From Pseudomonadota bacterium (GTDB lineage Bacteria > Pseudomonadota > Gammaproteobacteria > Burkholderiales > Burkholderiaceae_C): 64,000 nt of DNA. The stretch covers positions 1,449 to 65,448 of the forward strand of contig JAZKHH010000009.1 of NCBI GenBank assembly GCA_040385465.1, given 5' to 3'. The notes beneath the pieces were generated by a model. The model saw nothing but the letters and a program-made list of their open reading frames with translations, did no database searches and was not told the DNA's origin. The position numbers were made by a program, and so were the translations under genes. This document shows, piece after piece, positions 52,240 through 61,874 of the stretch (positions within the stretch are counted from its first letter, which is position 1; each line of letters starts with the position of its first letter).

Positions 52240-52953
52240 TTGCCTCACAGCCCTTTGACCCCCGCATTTCACGCCCTGGTGCCCTGTGCCGGCACGGGCA
52301 CGCGGGCCGGCACACAAGGACCCAAACAGTACGCCCGGGTGGCCGGCCAGCCCATGGTTCAGCACACCTTGGCGGCGTTGGCCCAGGTGCAGCGGCTGCA
52401 AACCCTGTGGGTGGTGCTGCACCCCGATGACACCCAGTTCGAAACCCACCTGCCGCACTTCCGTGGCCGGGCGGCGCGGGTGGGGGGCAGCAGCCGCGCA
52501 CACACGGTGCTGAACGGGTTGAAGGCTTTGCAATCCACTGGCGCCCAGGCCACCGACTGGGTGCTGGTGCACGACGCCGCGCGCTGCCTGCTGCGCCCAG
52601 CCTGGGTTGACGCCTTGATCGACGCTTGCCAGCACGATGCCGTCGGAGGCCTGCTGGCCCTGCCGGTGGCCGACACCTTGAAGCACGCGGTCGGTGACCG
52701 GGTGCACGGCCGCATCGAGCGCTCCGACGCCTGGCAGGCCCAAACGCCCCAGATGTTCCGGCTGGGACCGCTGCAGGCTGCCCTGCAGCACGCCCTGGCC
52801 CAGGCCCCTAAGCAGGTGACGGACGAGGCCAGCGCGATGGAAGCGCTGGGCCACGCCCCCTTGCTGGTGCGCGGCACCCTGGAAAATTTCAAAGTCACTT
52901 ACCCCGCCGATTTTGAGCTCGCCGAACGCCTTTTGAGGACCCGTCCATCATGA
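52240..52953 (+). CDS. ispD: 2-C-methyl-D-erythritol 4-phosphate cytidylyltransferase IspD
   Basis: [33 protein letters not shown]...[10 protein letters not shown]...TPQMFR. Apparent TTG start, so the start is uncertain. Confidence 0.88.
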   Translation: MPHSPLTPAFHALVPCAGTGTRAGTQGPKQYARVAGQPMVQHTLAALAQVQRLQTLWVVLHPDDTQFETHLPHFRGRAARVGGSSRAHTVLNGLKALQSTGAQATDWVLVHDAARCLLRPAWVDALIDACQHDAVGGLLALPVADTLKHAVGDRVHGRIERSDAWQAQTPQMFRLGPLQAALQHALAQAPKQVTDEASAMEALGHAPLLVRGTLENFKVTYPADFELAERLLRTRPS

Positions 52954-53486
52954 TGAACAGCAGCCGACCAAACGCTTTGCGCTTGCGGGTGGGGGAGGGC
53001 TGGGACACCCACGCCCTGGTGCTTGGCCGCCGCCTCATCCTCGGTGGGGTGGAAATTCCCCACACCCACGGCCTGTTGGGCCATTCCGACGCCGATGCCT
53101 TGTGCCATGCCATCACCGACGCCTTGTTTGGCGCCGCCGGCATGGGCGACATCGGCCACCATTTCCCCGACACCGACGAGCGGCTGCGGGGGGCCGACTC
53201 TCTGGCGCTGTTGGCCGAAGCGGCGCGCCGCCTGCGTGCGGCCAACTGGGAGATCAACAACATCGACAGCACCATCGTGGCCCAGGCGCCCAAATTGGCG
53301 CCTTACGTCAACACCATGCGGCAGCGGCTGTCGATGGCGTTGGGCATCGGCGCCGATCAGGTCAACGTGAAAGCGAAGACGGCTGAAAAGATGGGACCCG
53401 TGGGCCGCGGTGAAGCCATCGAGGCCAGGGCGGTGTGCCTCTTGTTGGGCAGCCGGCCCCCGGGGTTTGCGCAAACGGGTTTCTAA
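52950..53486 (+). CDS. ispF: 2-C-methyl-D-erythritol 2,4-cyclodiphosphate synthase IspF
   Basis: [11 protein letters not shown]...[40 protein letters not shown] overlap with ispD. Confidence 0.93.
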   Translation: MMNSSRPNALRLRVGEGWDTHALVLGRRLILGGVEIPHTHGLLGHSDADALCHAITDALFGAAGMGDIGHHFPDTDERLRGADSLALLAEAARRLRAANWEINNIDSTIVAQAPKLAPYVNTMRQRLSMALGIGADQVNVKAKTAEKMGPVGRGEAIEARAVCLLLGSRPPGFAQTGF

Positions 53487-53602
53487 GGAGGGATTGACCA
53501 GTCAGGGTTGCCGAAACCGGACTTTGCTGTGCCAGCGCGAGCGCAGCACACGGGAACGCCCCTTGCCGCTTGAGGGTCCATTCCACTTTTTACGGAGTTC
53601 CC

Positions 53603-53806
53603 ATGAGCGATCCCCTTGCCAACCCCGCCGTGAAGAAGACCCGCCGAGCCGAGCCTCTCCAGCCTGACAATCCCGGTCGTGGCACCGACGTTGAATCCGC
53701 CGACGACGACGGTCAGGATCTCCAACAAGTCGATAAGACCGCAGTGAAGCGGCAAAAAGGGCAGCTGGACAATGCAATCCAGAACACGACCGAGGGTTAC
53801 GACTGA
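53603..53806 (+). CDS. Small hydrophilic hypothetical protein (67 aa)
   Basis: ATG 53603 lies behind an ACGGAG SD. Charged, Cys-free sequence MSDPLANPAVKKTRRAEPLQPDNPGRGTDVESADDDGQDLQQVDK... No family recognised. Confidence 0.4.
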   Translation: MSDPLANPAVKKTRRAEPLQPDNPGRGTDVESADDDGQDLQQVDKTAVKRQKGQLDNAIQNTTEGYD

Positions 53807-53846
53807 CCCTGCTGGCCTCCAGCGGCGTCACTCCAACTCAAACCCC

Positions 53847-53890
53847 AGCCATAAGTAAAAAAAGGTCGCTGACGACGGCAACACGCGCAC
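53847..53890 (-). terminator. Rho-independent terminator of the hemerythrin gene
   Basis: On the minus strand, GGTCGCTGACG-N15-CGTCAGCGACC (11-bp perfect stem) is followed by TTTTTTT. Confidence 0.7.
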
Positions 53891-53929
53891 GTCAGCGACC
53901 CGTACAGAAAACAGGGGAAGACTCGTGTT

Positions 53930-54487
53930 TCAGACCAGCGCTTCCTCGCCCACTTGGCCAGTCACGTAGCGCGTAAATTCTTCCTGGTATTTTTGCGTCA
54001 GACGGATCTCCAACTCGGCGTCGCACTTTCGTTGCAGCTTGGGAAACCAGGTGCCTTCCTCTTGGTACATGTGGTGGGCCACGGCCCCTTGGATATGTTC
54101 CAGCTTGTCCAGGTAGTCCTGGCTCATCGGGTCGAGGTCATCCAATGCCGCCAGCTGCACTTTGGTGGCACTCTGTTCGACATACGCCATCTCCGAAGCG
54201 GTTTTCTCGTCGTGCAGCGCCAGGGCGGGGTACAGCACCACTTCTTCGGCCAATGAATGGCCGGTGAGAATTTCGGCCAACTGCTTTTGGGCCAGGCGCC
54301 GGGCCCCGGGCAGGGTGGCTTCCCGCACCGCGGCAAACCCGGCTTCGATTTCCTGGTGCTGATTCAGGATCAGGTCAAACCAGCTGCCGGCGGGGGCGAT
54401 CGAGCGGGCCTCCGCGCGGGCTTGCACACGCGCCTTGTCGCTTTCGGGCGGCGTCACGGCAGCGATCACTTTGTCAATGAGGGTCAT
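53930..54487 (-). CDS. Hemerythrin (HHE cation-binding) domain protein
   Basis: Start MTLIDKV behind an AAAGGAAC SD. LILNQHQEIEAGF...HSLAEEVVLYPAL...AVAHHMYQEEGTWFPKL shows the His/Glu spacing typical of hemerythrin-like four-helix bundles. Confidence 0.8.
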   Translation of the reverse strand: MTLIDKVIAAVTPPESDKARVQARAEARSIAPAGSWFDLILNQHQEIEAGFAAVREATLPGARRLAQKQLAEILTGHSLAEEVVLYPALALHDEKTASEMAYVEQSATKVQLAALDDLDPMSQDYLDKLEHIQGAVAHHMYQEEGTWFPKLQRKCDAELEIRLTQKYQEEFTRYVTGQVGEEALV

Positions 54488-54642
54488 GGTGAGTTCCTTT
54501 CTTGAGCAGTCGCGCAAGGGTTGTTAAGAACCGGTTCTCAGGCAATCAGCGTGCCTTGACGCTCGAGGTGGAGGACACCGAGACAGGGGCCTTGAAACTG
54601 CCCTGTTTGAGGCCTGGGGAGGTCTTCGGCGGGGTCGGCCGC

Positions 54643-55974
54643 TCAGGGTGCGCGTTTGAGGCGAATGTGGGCGATCAAGCCGCCGTCGATGGCGTTGTCA
54701 AGTTCGAAATGCCCGCCCATGCGCTGAACGGCTTTCTCGACGATGGCCAGCCCCAACCCAGCGCCGGTGGCTGCGGTGCGTGCGGCGTCGCCACGGAAGA
54801 AGGGCGTCATCACTTGGCTGATCTTTTTCGGGTCAACCCCGAGGCCGTAGTCGCGCACGCTCACGATCACCCACGGGCCGGTGCGGGCGTAGCCCACCAC
54901 GACCTTGGCAATGCCCGTGTCGGTCGAGCGGCCGTACCGGCGGGCGTTTTCGAACAGGTTTTGCAGCACCCGCCCCAGCTCGATCTCGTCGGCCATGACC
55001 TTCGTGTCGATGGCCACCCGCGAGGTGATCTGGATTTGCCGGGTGTCGCGAAAGGCAGCCATTTCCCGGTCCACCACGCCCGACAGGTGCACGGGCTTGA
55101 GCTTGACCTCGCCAGGCCGAGCGTAGTCCATGAACTTGTCGATGATGGCGTCGAGCTGGTCGATGTCCTGCGCCATGTTGTTCTTGGCCTCTTCGTCCTG
55201 CACGCTCATCTCGGCTTCCAGCCGCAACCGGGCCAGGGGCGTGCGCAGGTCGTGCGAGATGCCGGCCAGCATCACGGCGCGGTCTTCTTCCACTTTGGCC
55301 AGCTCGCGGGCCATGCGGTTGAAGCCCATGTTGACCTGGCGGATCTCGCTGGTCATCGTGTTCTCGTCGAGCCGCGAGTCGAACTCGCCCTCGCGGATGC
55401 GGCTGGCGGCGAAGGACAGGTCACGCAGGGGCTGGTTGATGAGGCGCGCAATGCCAGCCGAACCCACCACGGTGGCCAGCAGGGCAATGCCCACCCACAC
55501 GAACCAGGTGTTGTTGGTCAGGGTGCCGCTGCGGGTGGCGTCTGCCAGCACCCAATAGGGGTCGTTCTCGATGGTGAAGCCCACCCACAAGCCCGGCACG
55601 CCGTTGACCTCGCTGGCCACCACGGTGCCTGGGCCCAGCCGGTTGACCAACTCTTCACTGATGGTGCGGGAGAGCCGGTTGAGGTTTTCAAACGGCAGCC
55701 ATTTGTCTTTGGGCTCGCGGGGCGCGATCTTGACCGCCTGCGGGGTCGAGATGCTTTTGATCAATGCCACCCGGTTGATGCCGTCGACGCTTTTGAGCGC
55801 GGTGCGTGTCAAATTGACAAGGCTGGCGATCTGCTGCGCCGATTGCACGGCACGCGGCTCGAACTCCAAGGCACGGAAGGTTTGGGTCCACGCGAAGATG
55901 CCGCCCACCAAGAGAATGGCGAGCAGAAAAAAGGTGCGCCAGAACAAGCTCAGTGCGACGTGCTTTGTGCCCAT
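54643..55974 (-). CDS. envZ: EnvZ-like osmosensor histidine kinase
   Basis: Two TM segments, a HAMP region, H-box MLAGISHDLRTPLARLRL, then NLFENARRYG and GAGLGLAIV. Downstream of ompR. Confidence 0.85.
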   Translation of the reverse strand: MGTKHVALSLFWRTFFLLAILLVGGIFAWTQTFRALEFEPRAVQSAQQIASLVNLTRTALKSVDGINRVALIKSISTPQAVKIAPREPKDKWLPFENLNRLSRTISEELVNRLGPGTVVASEVNGVPGLWVGFTIENDPYWVLADATRSGTLTNNTWFVWVGIALLATVVGSAGIARLINQPLRDLSFAASRIREGEFDSRLDENTMTSEIRQVNMGFNRMARELAKVEEDRAVMLAGISHDLRTPLARLRLEAEMSVQDEEAKNNMAQDIDQLDAIIDKFMDYARPGEVKLKPVHLSGVVDREMAAFRDTRQIQITSRVAIDTKVMADEIELGRVLQNLFENARRYGRSTDTGIAKVVVGYARTGPWVIVSVRDYGLGVDPKKISQVMTPFFRGDAARTAATGAGLGLAIVEKAVQRMGGHFELDNAIDGGLIAHIRLKRAP

Positions 55975-56170
55975 CAGGGGTGATCAACCGTGGTCATCGT
56001 CATCGTGCCGGCGCGGGCCGCCACGCTTGGGCTCCCACTGTAGCCGCGTTGTCAGGTCCGATCAGGCCGTCAGACGAAAAACGACCTTGGCCGGTGGCCC
56101 CGGCCTCTCAGAAAACAACGTTTTGGACGATGTGGCGTCTGGGCACACGAGCGGCTGCGACCCCGGGGGC

Positions 56171-56908
56171 TCAGGCGCCACCGTCCGGCACAAAGACGTA
56201 GCCCACACCCCACACCGTCTGGATGTAGCGTGGTTGGGCCGGGTCGGGCTCGATCATCTTGCGCAGGCGGGAGATCTGCACGTCGAGGCTGCGGTCGAAG
56301 GGCTCGAATTCGCGGCCCCGTGCCAGTTGTGCCAGCTTGTCGCGCGACAGGGGCTGGCGTGGGTGACGCACCAGCGCCTTGAGCATGGAGAACTCGCCCG
56401 TGGTCAGTGCAATGGCCTCGCCCTCCTTGGACAAGCGGCGCAGCGCCAGGTCGAATTCGAAGGGACCGAACACCACCGTCATGGCTTCCTTGGCCGGCGC
56501 ACCGGGCGCTTCCACCGAAGGTCGGCGGCGCAGCACCGCATGGATGCGGGCCAGCAGTTCGCGCGGGTTGAAGGGCTTGGGCATGTAGTCGTCTGCGCCC
56601 ACCTCCAGGCCAACGATGCGGTCCACGTCTTCGACCTTGGCCGTCAACATGATGATGGGGGTGAGGTCGTTGGCGCCGCGCAGGCGCCGGCAGATTGACA
56701 GGCCGTCTTCACCGGGCAGCATCAAATCCAGCACGATCAGGTCGACCGTTTCGCGGGTCAGCACCCGGTTCAGGGCCTTGCCATCTTCGGCCAACAACAC
56801 TTCGAAACCTTCCTGCGTCAGGTAGCGACGCAGCAGGTCACGGATGCGGGCGTCGTCGTCTACGATCAGGACGCGATCCGTGCGCGACGGGTTCAGGTTG
56901 GTCGACAT
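56171..56908 (-). CDS. ompR: OmpR response regulator
   Basis: RVLIVDDDARIRDLLRRYLTQEGFEV...LDLMLPGEDGLSICRRLR...VGLEVGADDYMPKPFNPRELLARIHAVLRR...IQTVWGVGYVF, very close to enteric OmpR. ATG 56908 has a GGAG SD. Confidence 0.92.
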   Translation of the reverse strand: MSTNLNPSRTDRVLIVDDDARIRDLLRRYLTQEGFEVLLAEDGKALNRVLTRETVDLIVLDLMLPGEDGLSICRRLRGANDLTPIIMLTAKVEDVDRIVGLEVGADDYMPKPFNPRELLARIHAVLRRRPSVEAPGAPAKEAMTVVFGPFEFDLALRRLSKEGEAIALTTGEFSMLKALVRHPRQPLSRDKLAQLARGREFEPFDRSLDVQISRLRKMIEPDPAQPRYIQTVWGVGYVFVPDGGA

Positions 56909-57253
56909 AGCAGACTCCATATTTGTAACAGCCAGGATTTTGGGGCGGTTGGGCCTGCAAAACCGGTGGGGAACACGTGCTGTTACAAGTTTTGCGCAGG
57001 AGGTCCGATATTCGCGAATATGACGCTTGTCTTAAGGGGAAACCCTGTGGGGGGCGTCAAAAAACAGGAGGGCCGACCCTGGAGTCGGCGGGAGGGCGGC
57101 GCAAGAGCGGTCCATGGGCAGCGACCCCCTTGCCAATGACAAGCCCGCGCCCTGACCTCGCCGGCAAGCGGCGGATCCACGGCGCGCCACCCAGCCGTGC
57201 AGGGCGCCAATGCCGGCGGCAGGTCACACCCGTGCCGGCTTTGCTTAATGGAC

Positions 57254-57958
57254 TCAGGCCAGCGCGTTGCCTTTTTCCATGGTGTGCAGCTTGGCCAACA
57301 AAGCCTGCGCAGCGGGCTCGGAGGAGGCCGGGTTTTGCCCGGTGATCAACAGGCCGTCGGCCACCACGTGGGGTTGCCAGTCAGCCGCCCGGGTGAATTC
57401 GCCACCTTGGTCTTTCAGCATGTCTTCCACCAGAAACGGCACCACCTCGGTCAGCCCCACAGCTTCTTCTTCGGTGTTGGTGAACCCGGTCACGATCTTG
57501 CCGCGGACCAGCGGGCGGCCATCGGGCGCCTTGGCGTGGCGCAGCACGCCCGGGGCGTGGCACACCGCGGCCACCGGCTTGCCAGCGGCAATCAGGGTGT
57601 TGATGAGGGCGATGGACGCGGCGTCTTCCGCCAAATCCCACAGGGGGCCGTGGCCGCCTGGGTAGAACACCGCGTCGAAGTCGGCAGCGTCGAGGTCCGA
57701 CAGCGGAACCGTTTGGGTCAATGCGGCCTTCGCCTCTTCGTCCGCCTTGAAGCGCTCGGTGGCTGGTGTTTGCGCATCGGGCTCGTCGCTTTTGGGATCC
57801 AGCGGTGGCCGCCCGCCCAGGGGCGAGGCCAGCGTGACCTGCGCGCCGGCGTCTTTCAACGCGTAATAAGGCGCGGCCAGCTCCTCAAGCCAGAAGCCCG
57901 TTTTTTTGCCGGTGCTGCCGAGCCGGTCGTGCGAAGTCAGAACCATCAGGACGTTCAT
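57254..57958 (-). CDS. DJ-1/PfpI (type 1 glutamine amidotransferase-like) family protein
   Basis: MNVLMVLTSHDRLGSTGKKTGFWLEELAAPYY...VFYPGGHGPLWDL...KPVAAVCHAPGVL (nucleophile-elbow Cys). Confidence 0.88.
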   Translation of the reverse strand: MNVLMVLTSHDRLGSTGKKTGFWLEELAAPYYALKDAGAQVTLASPLGGRPPLDPKSDEPDAQTPATERFKADEEAKAALTQTVPLSDLDAADFDAVFYPGGHGPLWDLAEDAASIALINTLIAAGKPVAAVCHAPGVLRHAKAPDGRPLVRGKIVTGFTNTEEEAVGLTEVVPFLVEDMLKDQGGEFTRAADWQPHVVADGLLITGQNPASSEPAAQALLAKLHTMEKGNALA

Positions 57959-58329
57959 GGGATCTCCAAAAGGTCGAGGTTGAAATAAGAGAAAACAAAA
58001 ACCAAGTGTGGGCCCTGGCTCGGTTGGGGCCGGGGCCAAAGTGTCAGGCGGAAAGACGGACGCCCACGGGCCGGTAGGTCTTCTCAGCGGCAAGCGGGGT
58101 CGGCAACGGAGGTGTCGGCAGGGTGGATGATCCTCGACCTCGCGGCTTGTCCACGTAGGAGCAGACGCAGTGAGCGGGAAAGGCAATAGTGATTTCCTGG
58201 GGGTTGGCAACCGTTTTGAGCGACCCTGTTCAGGGTGATTGCCAAGCGCACTCCGGCGCGCATGACATGAGGCCGCGGTAAGTGCCTGTCTTGGCGTCAC
58301 TGGTACGCTGAGGCTGTTAGCATCGGCCG

Positions 58330-58734
58330 GTGCGTCGCCTCCTTGCAATCTTCCTGTTGGCTTTTTTGCCGCTCCAGTTCAGCTGGGCGGCCGTGGCGCT
58401 GTACTGCGCGCACGAAGTACAAGCAGGCGCAGAGCACTTTGGACACCACACCCATCAGCACCATTTGCACGCCAGCAGCGAGGCCGGGGTAGATGCCCAG
58501 CTCGGCTCACCCTCGCAGACGCCCGTAGATGGCGGTGACACCAAGGAGTCTGGCGCCGTCGACGTGGACTGCGGTCATTGCCACTGCCATGGTCACTGTG
58601 GCGCAGCGCCCACTTCGCCGTCCAGTTTGCACAACGTGCTTTCGGCTGAAGCGCCCATTGCCACCCCCAACCGGACTGGTGATGAGCACGCACCTTCCCG
58701 ACCTGAACGCCCTCAATGGCGTCACCTTGCCTGA
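58330..58734 (+). CDS. His/Cys-rich small secreted protein, CzcI-like (putative)
   Basis: GTG start. N-terminus MRRLLAIFLLAFLPLQFSWAAVALYCAHE, His-rich HFGHHTHQHHLH and the cluster DCGHCHCHGHC. Sits first in a metal-efflux operon, as czcI does in czcICBA. Confidence 0.5.
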   Translation: MRRLLAIFLLAFLPLQFSWAAVALYCAHEVQAGAEHFGHHTHQHHLHASSEAGVDAQLGSPSQTPVDGGDTKESGAVDVDCGHCHCHGHCGAAPTSPSSLHNVLSAEAPIATPNRTGDEHAPSRPERPQWRHLA

Positions 58735-58877
58735 TCGGCGAGGCGGGTTCCCTCCTTTTCTGACACCCGTTCGCGCCTGAGTGCAAGCCGCAGCATGCGG
58801 CACCCTCGGGCACGACGCGACTGCTCGGTCGCTGCTTGCCGGTCTCCCGTGAGTTGTTTTCAACACTGGAGCATCGG

Positions 58878-60170
58878 ATGAACGCAAAAACACGAACAAT
58901 GAGCTGGCTGCTGCACGCCAGCGTGGCAGCCGCCGCGACTGTCTGTAGCACCGTCGTACAGGCTCAGACTGTCGCGATGGCTGTGCCCCAAGCCCCGGTC
59001 AGCGCTGCAAATCCCCTGAGCTTGCGCCATGTATTTGACTCAGCCTGGACCCGACAGCCTGAGGCCATGGCGCTGCAGGCGCGACGCGACGCTGTCATCG
59101 CGCAGCAAGAGGCTGCACAAGCCTGGACGCCGGAGCCAGCAGCCTTAGAGCTCACGAACAAAACAGACCGCCTGAACCACAACCGTGGCGTTCGCGAACT
59201 TGAGGTTGGTGTGGCGGTGCCGCTGTGGCTGCCTGGCGGACGCCGCCAGGGCAGGGCGCTGGCCGATGCCGAAGGCGCCGCCGTCGAGAGTCGCATTGCA
59301 GCAGCTCAACTGCGCGTTGCCGGCACGGTCCGTGAGGCCTGGTGGCAATGGCAGCGCGCCCGTATCGAAGTCGATGTGGCTCGCGATCACGCCAACAACA
59401 CCCGGCGCATTGCCGCCGACGTTGCCCGGCGAACGAAGGCCGGCGATCTCGCCCAGGCCGATCAGCATCAGGCTGGCGGCGCAGTGGCCAGCGCGGAAGC
59501 TGGCCTGGCTCAGGCAGAAGCCAGCTTTGCGGCAGCCCGACAACACCTGCTTGCCCTTGCCGGCTCCGCGCCTGACCCGGGTGAAACAGCTGGCGCCCTA
59601 GCGGAGCCGGACCCCGGCGCTGTCACGCCTGACGTCGAATCACATGCAACGCTGCAAGCGCTGAATGACCGTGCGGCGGTGGCTGAGCGAACCGCTGCGG
59701 TCATCGCCAACCAGTCGCGCGCCAATCCGGAGCTGATTTTGGCAACCACGCGGGACCGAGGTGCCTTCGACGAGCGCGCCGAGCAAACCATCACCCTAGG
59801 GCTGCGCATACCGTTTGGTGGCGGCCCGCGCCACACGGCTCGCACCGCCAGCGCTCGCGCTGAAGCGACCGAGGTTCAGGCGCAGCTGGCTCTAGAACGC
59901 GAACGTCTCACAGCGGACCGTGAAATCGCCCGCGTCAACGTGGAGTCCTCCCGAAATCAGCTGGCGGCCGTGGAGCGACGTGCTCAGTTGGCACGTGAGT
60001 CTCGTGGCTTCTTTGACAAGTCATTTCGGCTGGGGGAAACCGACTTGCCGACGCGCTTGCGAATAGAAGCCGAGGCTGCAGAGGCAGAGCGCCAGGCAGC
60101 GCGCACCCGCATCGAGCTTGCTGCGGCGATCTCCTCGTGGCGCCAGGCCCTCGGCCTGATGCCCCAGTGA
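58878..60170 (+). CDS. TolC-family outer membrane efflux protein (CzcC/CusC-like)
   Basis: Signal peptide (LLHASVAAAATVCSTVVQA), then the two-repeat helical pattern typical of OMFs (...DAVIAQQEAAQAW...ERERLTADREIARVNVESSRNQL...). Confidence 0.85.
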   Translation: MNAKTRTMSWLLHASVAAAATVCSTVVQAQTVAMAVPQAPVSAANPLSLRHVFDSAWTRQPEAMALQARRDAVIAQQEAAQAWTPEPAALELTNKTDRLNHNRGVRELEVGVAVPLWLPGGRRQGRALADAEGAAVESRIAAAQLRVAGTVREAWWQWQRARIEVDVARDHANNTRRIAADVARRTKAGDLAQADQHQAGGAVASAEAGLAQAEASFAAARQHLLALAGSAPDPGETAGALAEPDPGAVTPDVESHATLQALNDRAAVAERTAAVIANQSRANPELILATTRDRGAFDERAEQTITLGLRIPFGGGPRHTARTASARAEATEVQAQLALERERLTADREIARVNVESSRNQLAAVERRAQLARESRGFFDKSFRLGETDLPTRLRIEAEAAEAERQAARTRIELAAAISSWRQALGLMPQ

Positions 60171-60212
60171 AGCGTCTGTGAGGCCACACATCGAATCCCT
60201 AGGAAACCTTCC

Positions 60213-60767
60213 ATGAACATCTCAGAATTCCCGGCTGCACTGCTTGTGCTGCTCACGCTCATCACGTCGCCCGCTTGGGCAACTGAGGGCCACGATCATG
60301 GCGATGCTGCTCCCCATACCGCAGGGGAGGCGCTTCCGCGGTTCTCTGCGGTTTCTGAAACCTTTGAACTCGTAGGCGTGCTCAGCGGTAAGCAGATTAC
60401 CCTCTATCTCGACCGTTTTGCAGACAACAGCCCGGTGCGCGACGCACAAATCGAGCTCGAGATCGGTGGTGCCAAGTTCAAAGCGGACAAGCACGGCGAT
60501 GACGAATACGAAGTGATGCTGCTTGATGAGCCTCAGCCTGGCGTCCTGCCGGTCACTGCAACGGTCATGGCTGGCAATGAGACGGACCTGCTGGCTGGAG
60601 AGCTGGACGTTCACGAGGAAGCGCATGCAAAAGACGTCGCTGCAGCGCCAGTGTGGTTGAAATACGCAGGCTGGCTTGCCGGCGGCCTGGCCGTTTTGGC
60701 CTTGCTGCTCTGGAGCGGGCGTCGTGTGTTGACTGCGCGCAGCGTTCGCGCGGGAGGTGCCGCATGA
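60213..60767 (+). CDS. Hypothetical periplasm-facing, C-terminally membrane-anchored protein with an EGHDHGD metal-binding-like motif
   Basis: Signal peptide ...ITSPAWA|TEGHDHGDAAPH, a beta-rich middle, and a C-terminal TM WLAGGLAVLALLLWSG. The stop overlaps the MFP start (ATGA). Confidence 0.6.
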   Translation: MNISEFPAALLVLLTLITSPAWATEGHDHGDAAPHTAGEALPRFSAVSETFELVGVLSGKQITLYLDRFADNSPVRDAQIELEIGGAKFKADKHGDDEYEVMLLDEPQPGVLPVTATVMAGNETDLLAGELDVHEEAHAKDVAAAPVWLKYAGWLAGGLAVLALLLWSGRRVLTARSVRAGGAA

Positions 60768-61873
60768 AACGCACGTTGATGGCCACCAGCCTGGGGTTGC
60801 TGATGGCCTTGGCAGGCTCTCCCGCCCATGCGGGGGAAGGGCACGACCATGGGGACGCACCGGCCGTGCCCAGCGCGAACGGACCGCAGCGGCAGTCCGA
60901 CGGCAGCGTTTTCTTGCCCAAGCCCGCTCAGCGACAACTGGCTGTGCGCACCGTCGTCACTGAGGCTGCTGAACTCCCTCGCACGGTCGAACTGAGCGCC
61001 AAAGTGCTGATGGACCCCAATGCCGGCGGCAAGGTGCAGGCCCTGAACCCGGGTCGCATCGAGCCTGGGCCGCGTGGCCTGCCCAACTCCGGGCAGGCGG
61101 TGCGAAAGGGCGAAATCTTGGCCTACGTCGTGCCGTCGGCAGCGCCGATCGAGCGCTCCAATCAGGCCGCACAGCTGGCCGAGTTGCGTGCCTCCAAAGC
61201 CCTGGCAGACAAGCGCGTCGCGCGTTTGCAGGAGCTGGCCGACACCGTGCCCCGCAAGGAAATCGAGGCGCTCGAGAGCGAAGCCGCCAGTCTGGCAGCA
61301 CGCATTGCGGCCGTTGGTGCTGGCTTGTCCACACGGGAAGCGCTGCTAGCCCCTGTGTCGGGTGTGATCGCCTCGGCCCATGTGGTGGCTGGCCAAGTGG
61401 TCGACGCACGCGAACTCATCTTTGAAATCGTTGACCCGTCTCGCCTGCGCATTGAGGCGCTGGCCTTCGACGCGGCCCTTGCCTCGAACATCGGTGATGC
61501 GTCGATGGCCATCGGTGACCAGCGTGTGCCGCTCACCTTCATCGGCGCCTCGCGCAGTCTGCGTGAACAGGCGTTGCCTCTGGCCTTCCGTGCGCAGGAC
61601 GCTGCGCTCGACCAGTTGGCCGTCGGCCAGCCGGTGCGCGTGTTTGTGCAGACCAAAGACAAAATCAAGGGCATTTCGGTGCCCGTGGCCTCGCTCATGA
61701 AGAACCCCGCCAACCAGACCGTCGTCTGGGTCAAGACCGCCCCCGAGCGCTTTGAGCCCAGGACCGTGACCACCGAGCCACTGGACGGCGTCAATGCCGC
61801 GGTGACCTCGGGACTGGAACCGGGCGACCGGGTCGCCACGCAAGGTGCCACCTTGATTAACCAGGTGCGCTGA
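60764..61873 (+). CDS. RND efflux periplasmic adaptor (CzcB/CusB-like MFP)
   Basis: Signal peptide ...GSPAHA|GEGHDHGDAP, then FLPKPAQRQLAVRT...GRIEPGPRG...GEILAYVVPS...VSGVIASAHVVAGQVV...VWVKTAPERFEPRTV. Confidence 0.88.
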   Translation: MKRTLMATSLGLLMALAGSPAHAGEGHDHGDAPAVPSANGPQRQSDGSVFLPKPAQRQLAVRTVVTEAAELPRTVELSAKVLMDPNAGGKVQALNPGRIEPGPRGLPNSGQAVRKGEILAYVVPSAAPIERSNQAAQLAELRASKALADKRVARLQELADTVPRKEIEALESEAASLAARIAAVGAGLSTREALLAPVSGVIASAHVVAGQVVDARELIFEIVDPSRLRIEALAFDAALASNIGDASMAIGDQRVPLTFIGASRSLREQALPLAFRAQDAALDQLAVGQPVRVFVQTKDKIKGISVPVASLMKNPANQTVVWVKTAPERFEPRTVTTEPLDGVNAAVTSGLEPGDRVATQGATLINQVR

Positions 61874-61874
61874 C

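Noticed and set aside
54502-55983. 493-aa plus-strand ORF
   Set aside because: Antisense shadow of envZ.
57072-57089. GCCGAC-N6-GTCGGC hairpin with a downstream U6 run on the minus strand, as a terminator of the DJ-1 gene
   Set aside because: The stem is only 6 bp, the U-run is 7 nt away from it, and the hairpin lies 165 nt from the stop. Too weak to list as a feature.
57959-58348. N-terminal 130-aa extension of the DJ-1/PfpI ORF (track entry 57254-58348)
   Set aside because: The extension is Pro/Arg-rich with no homology signal, and it overlaps the divergent CzcI-like gene start. The family-typical N-terminus MNVLMVLTSHD begins at 57958.
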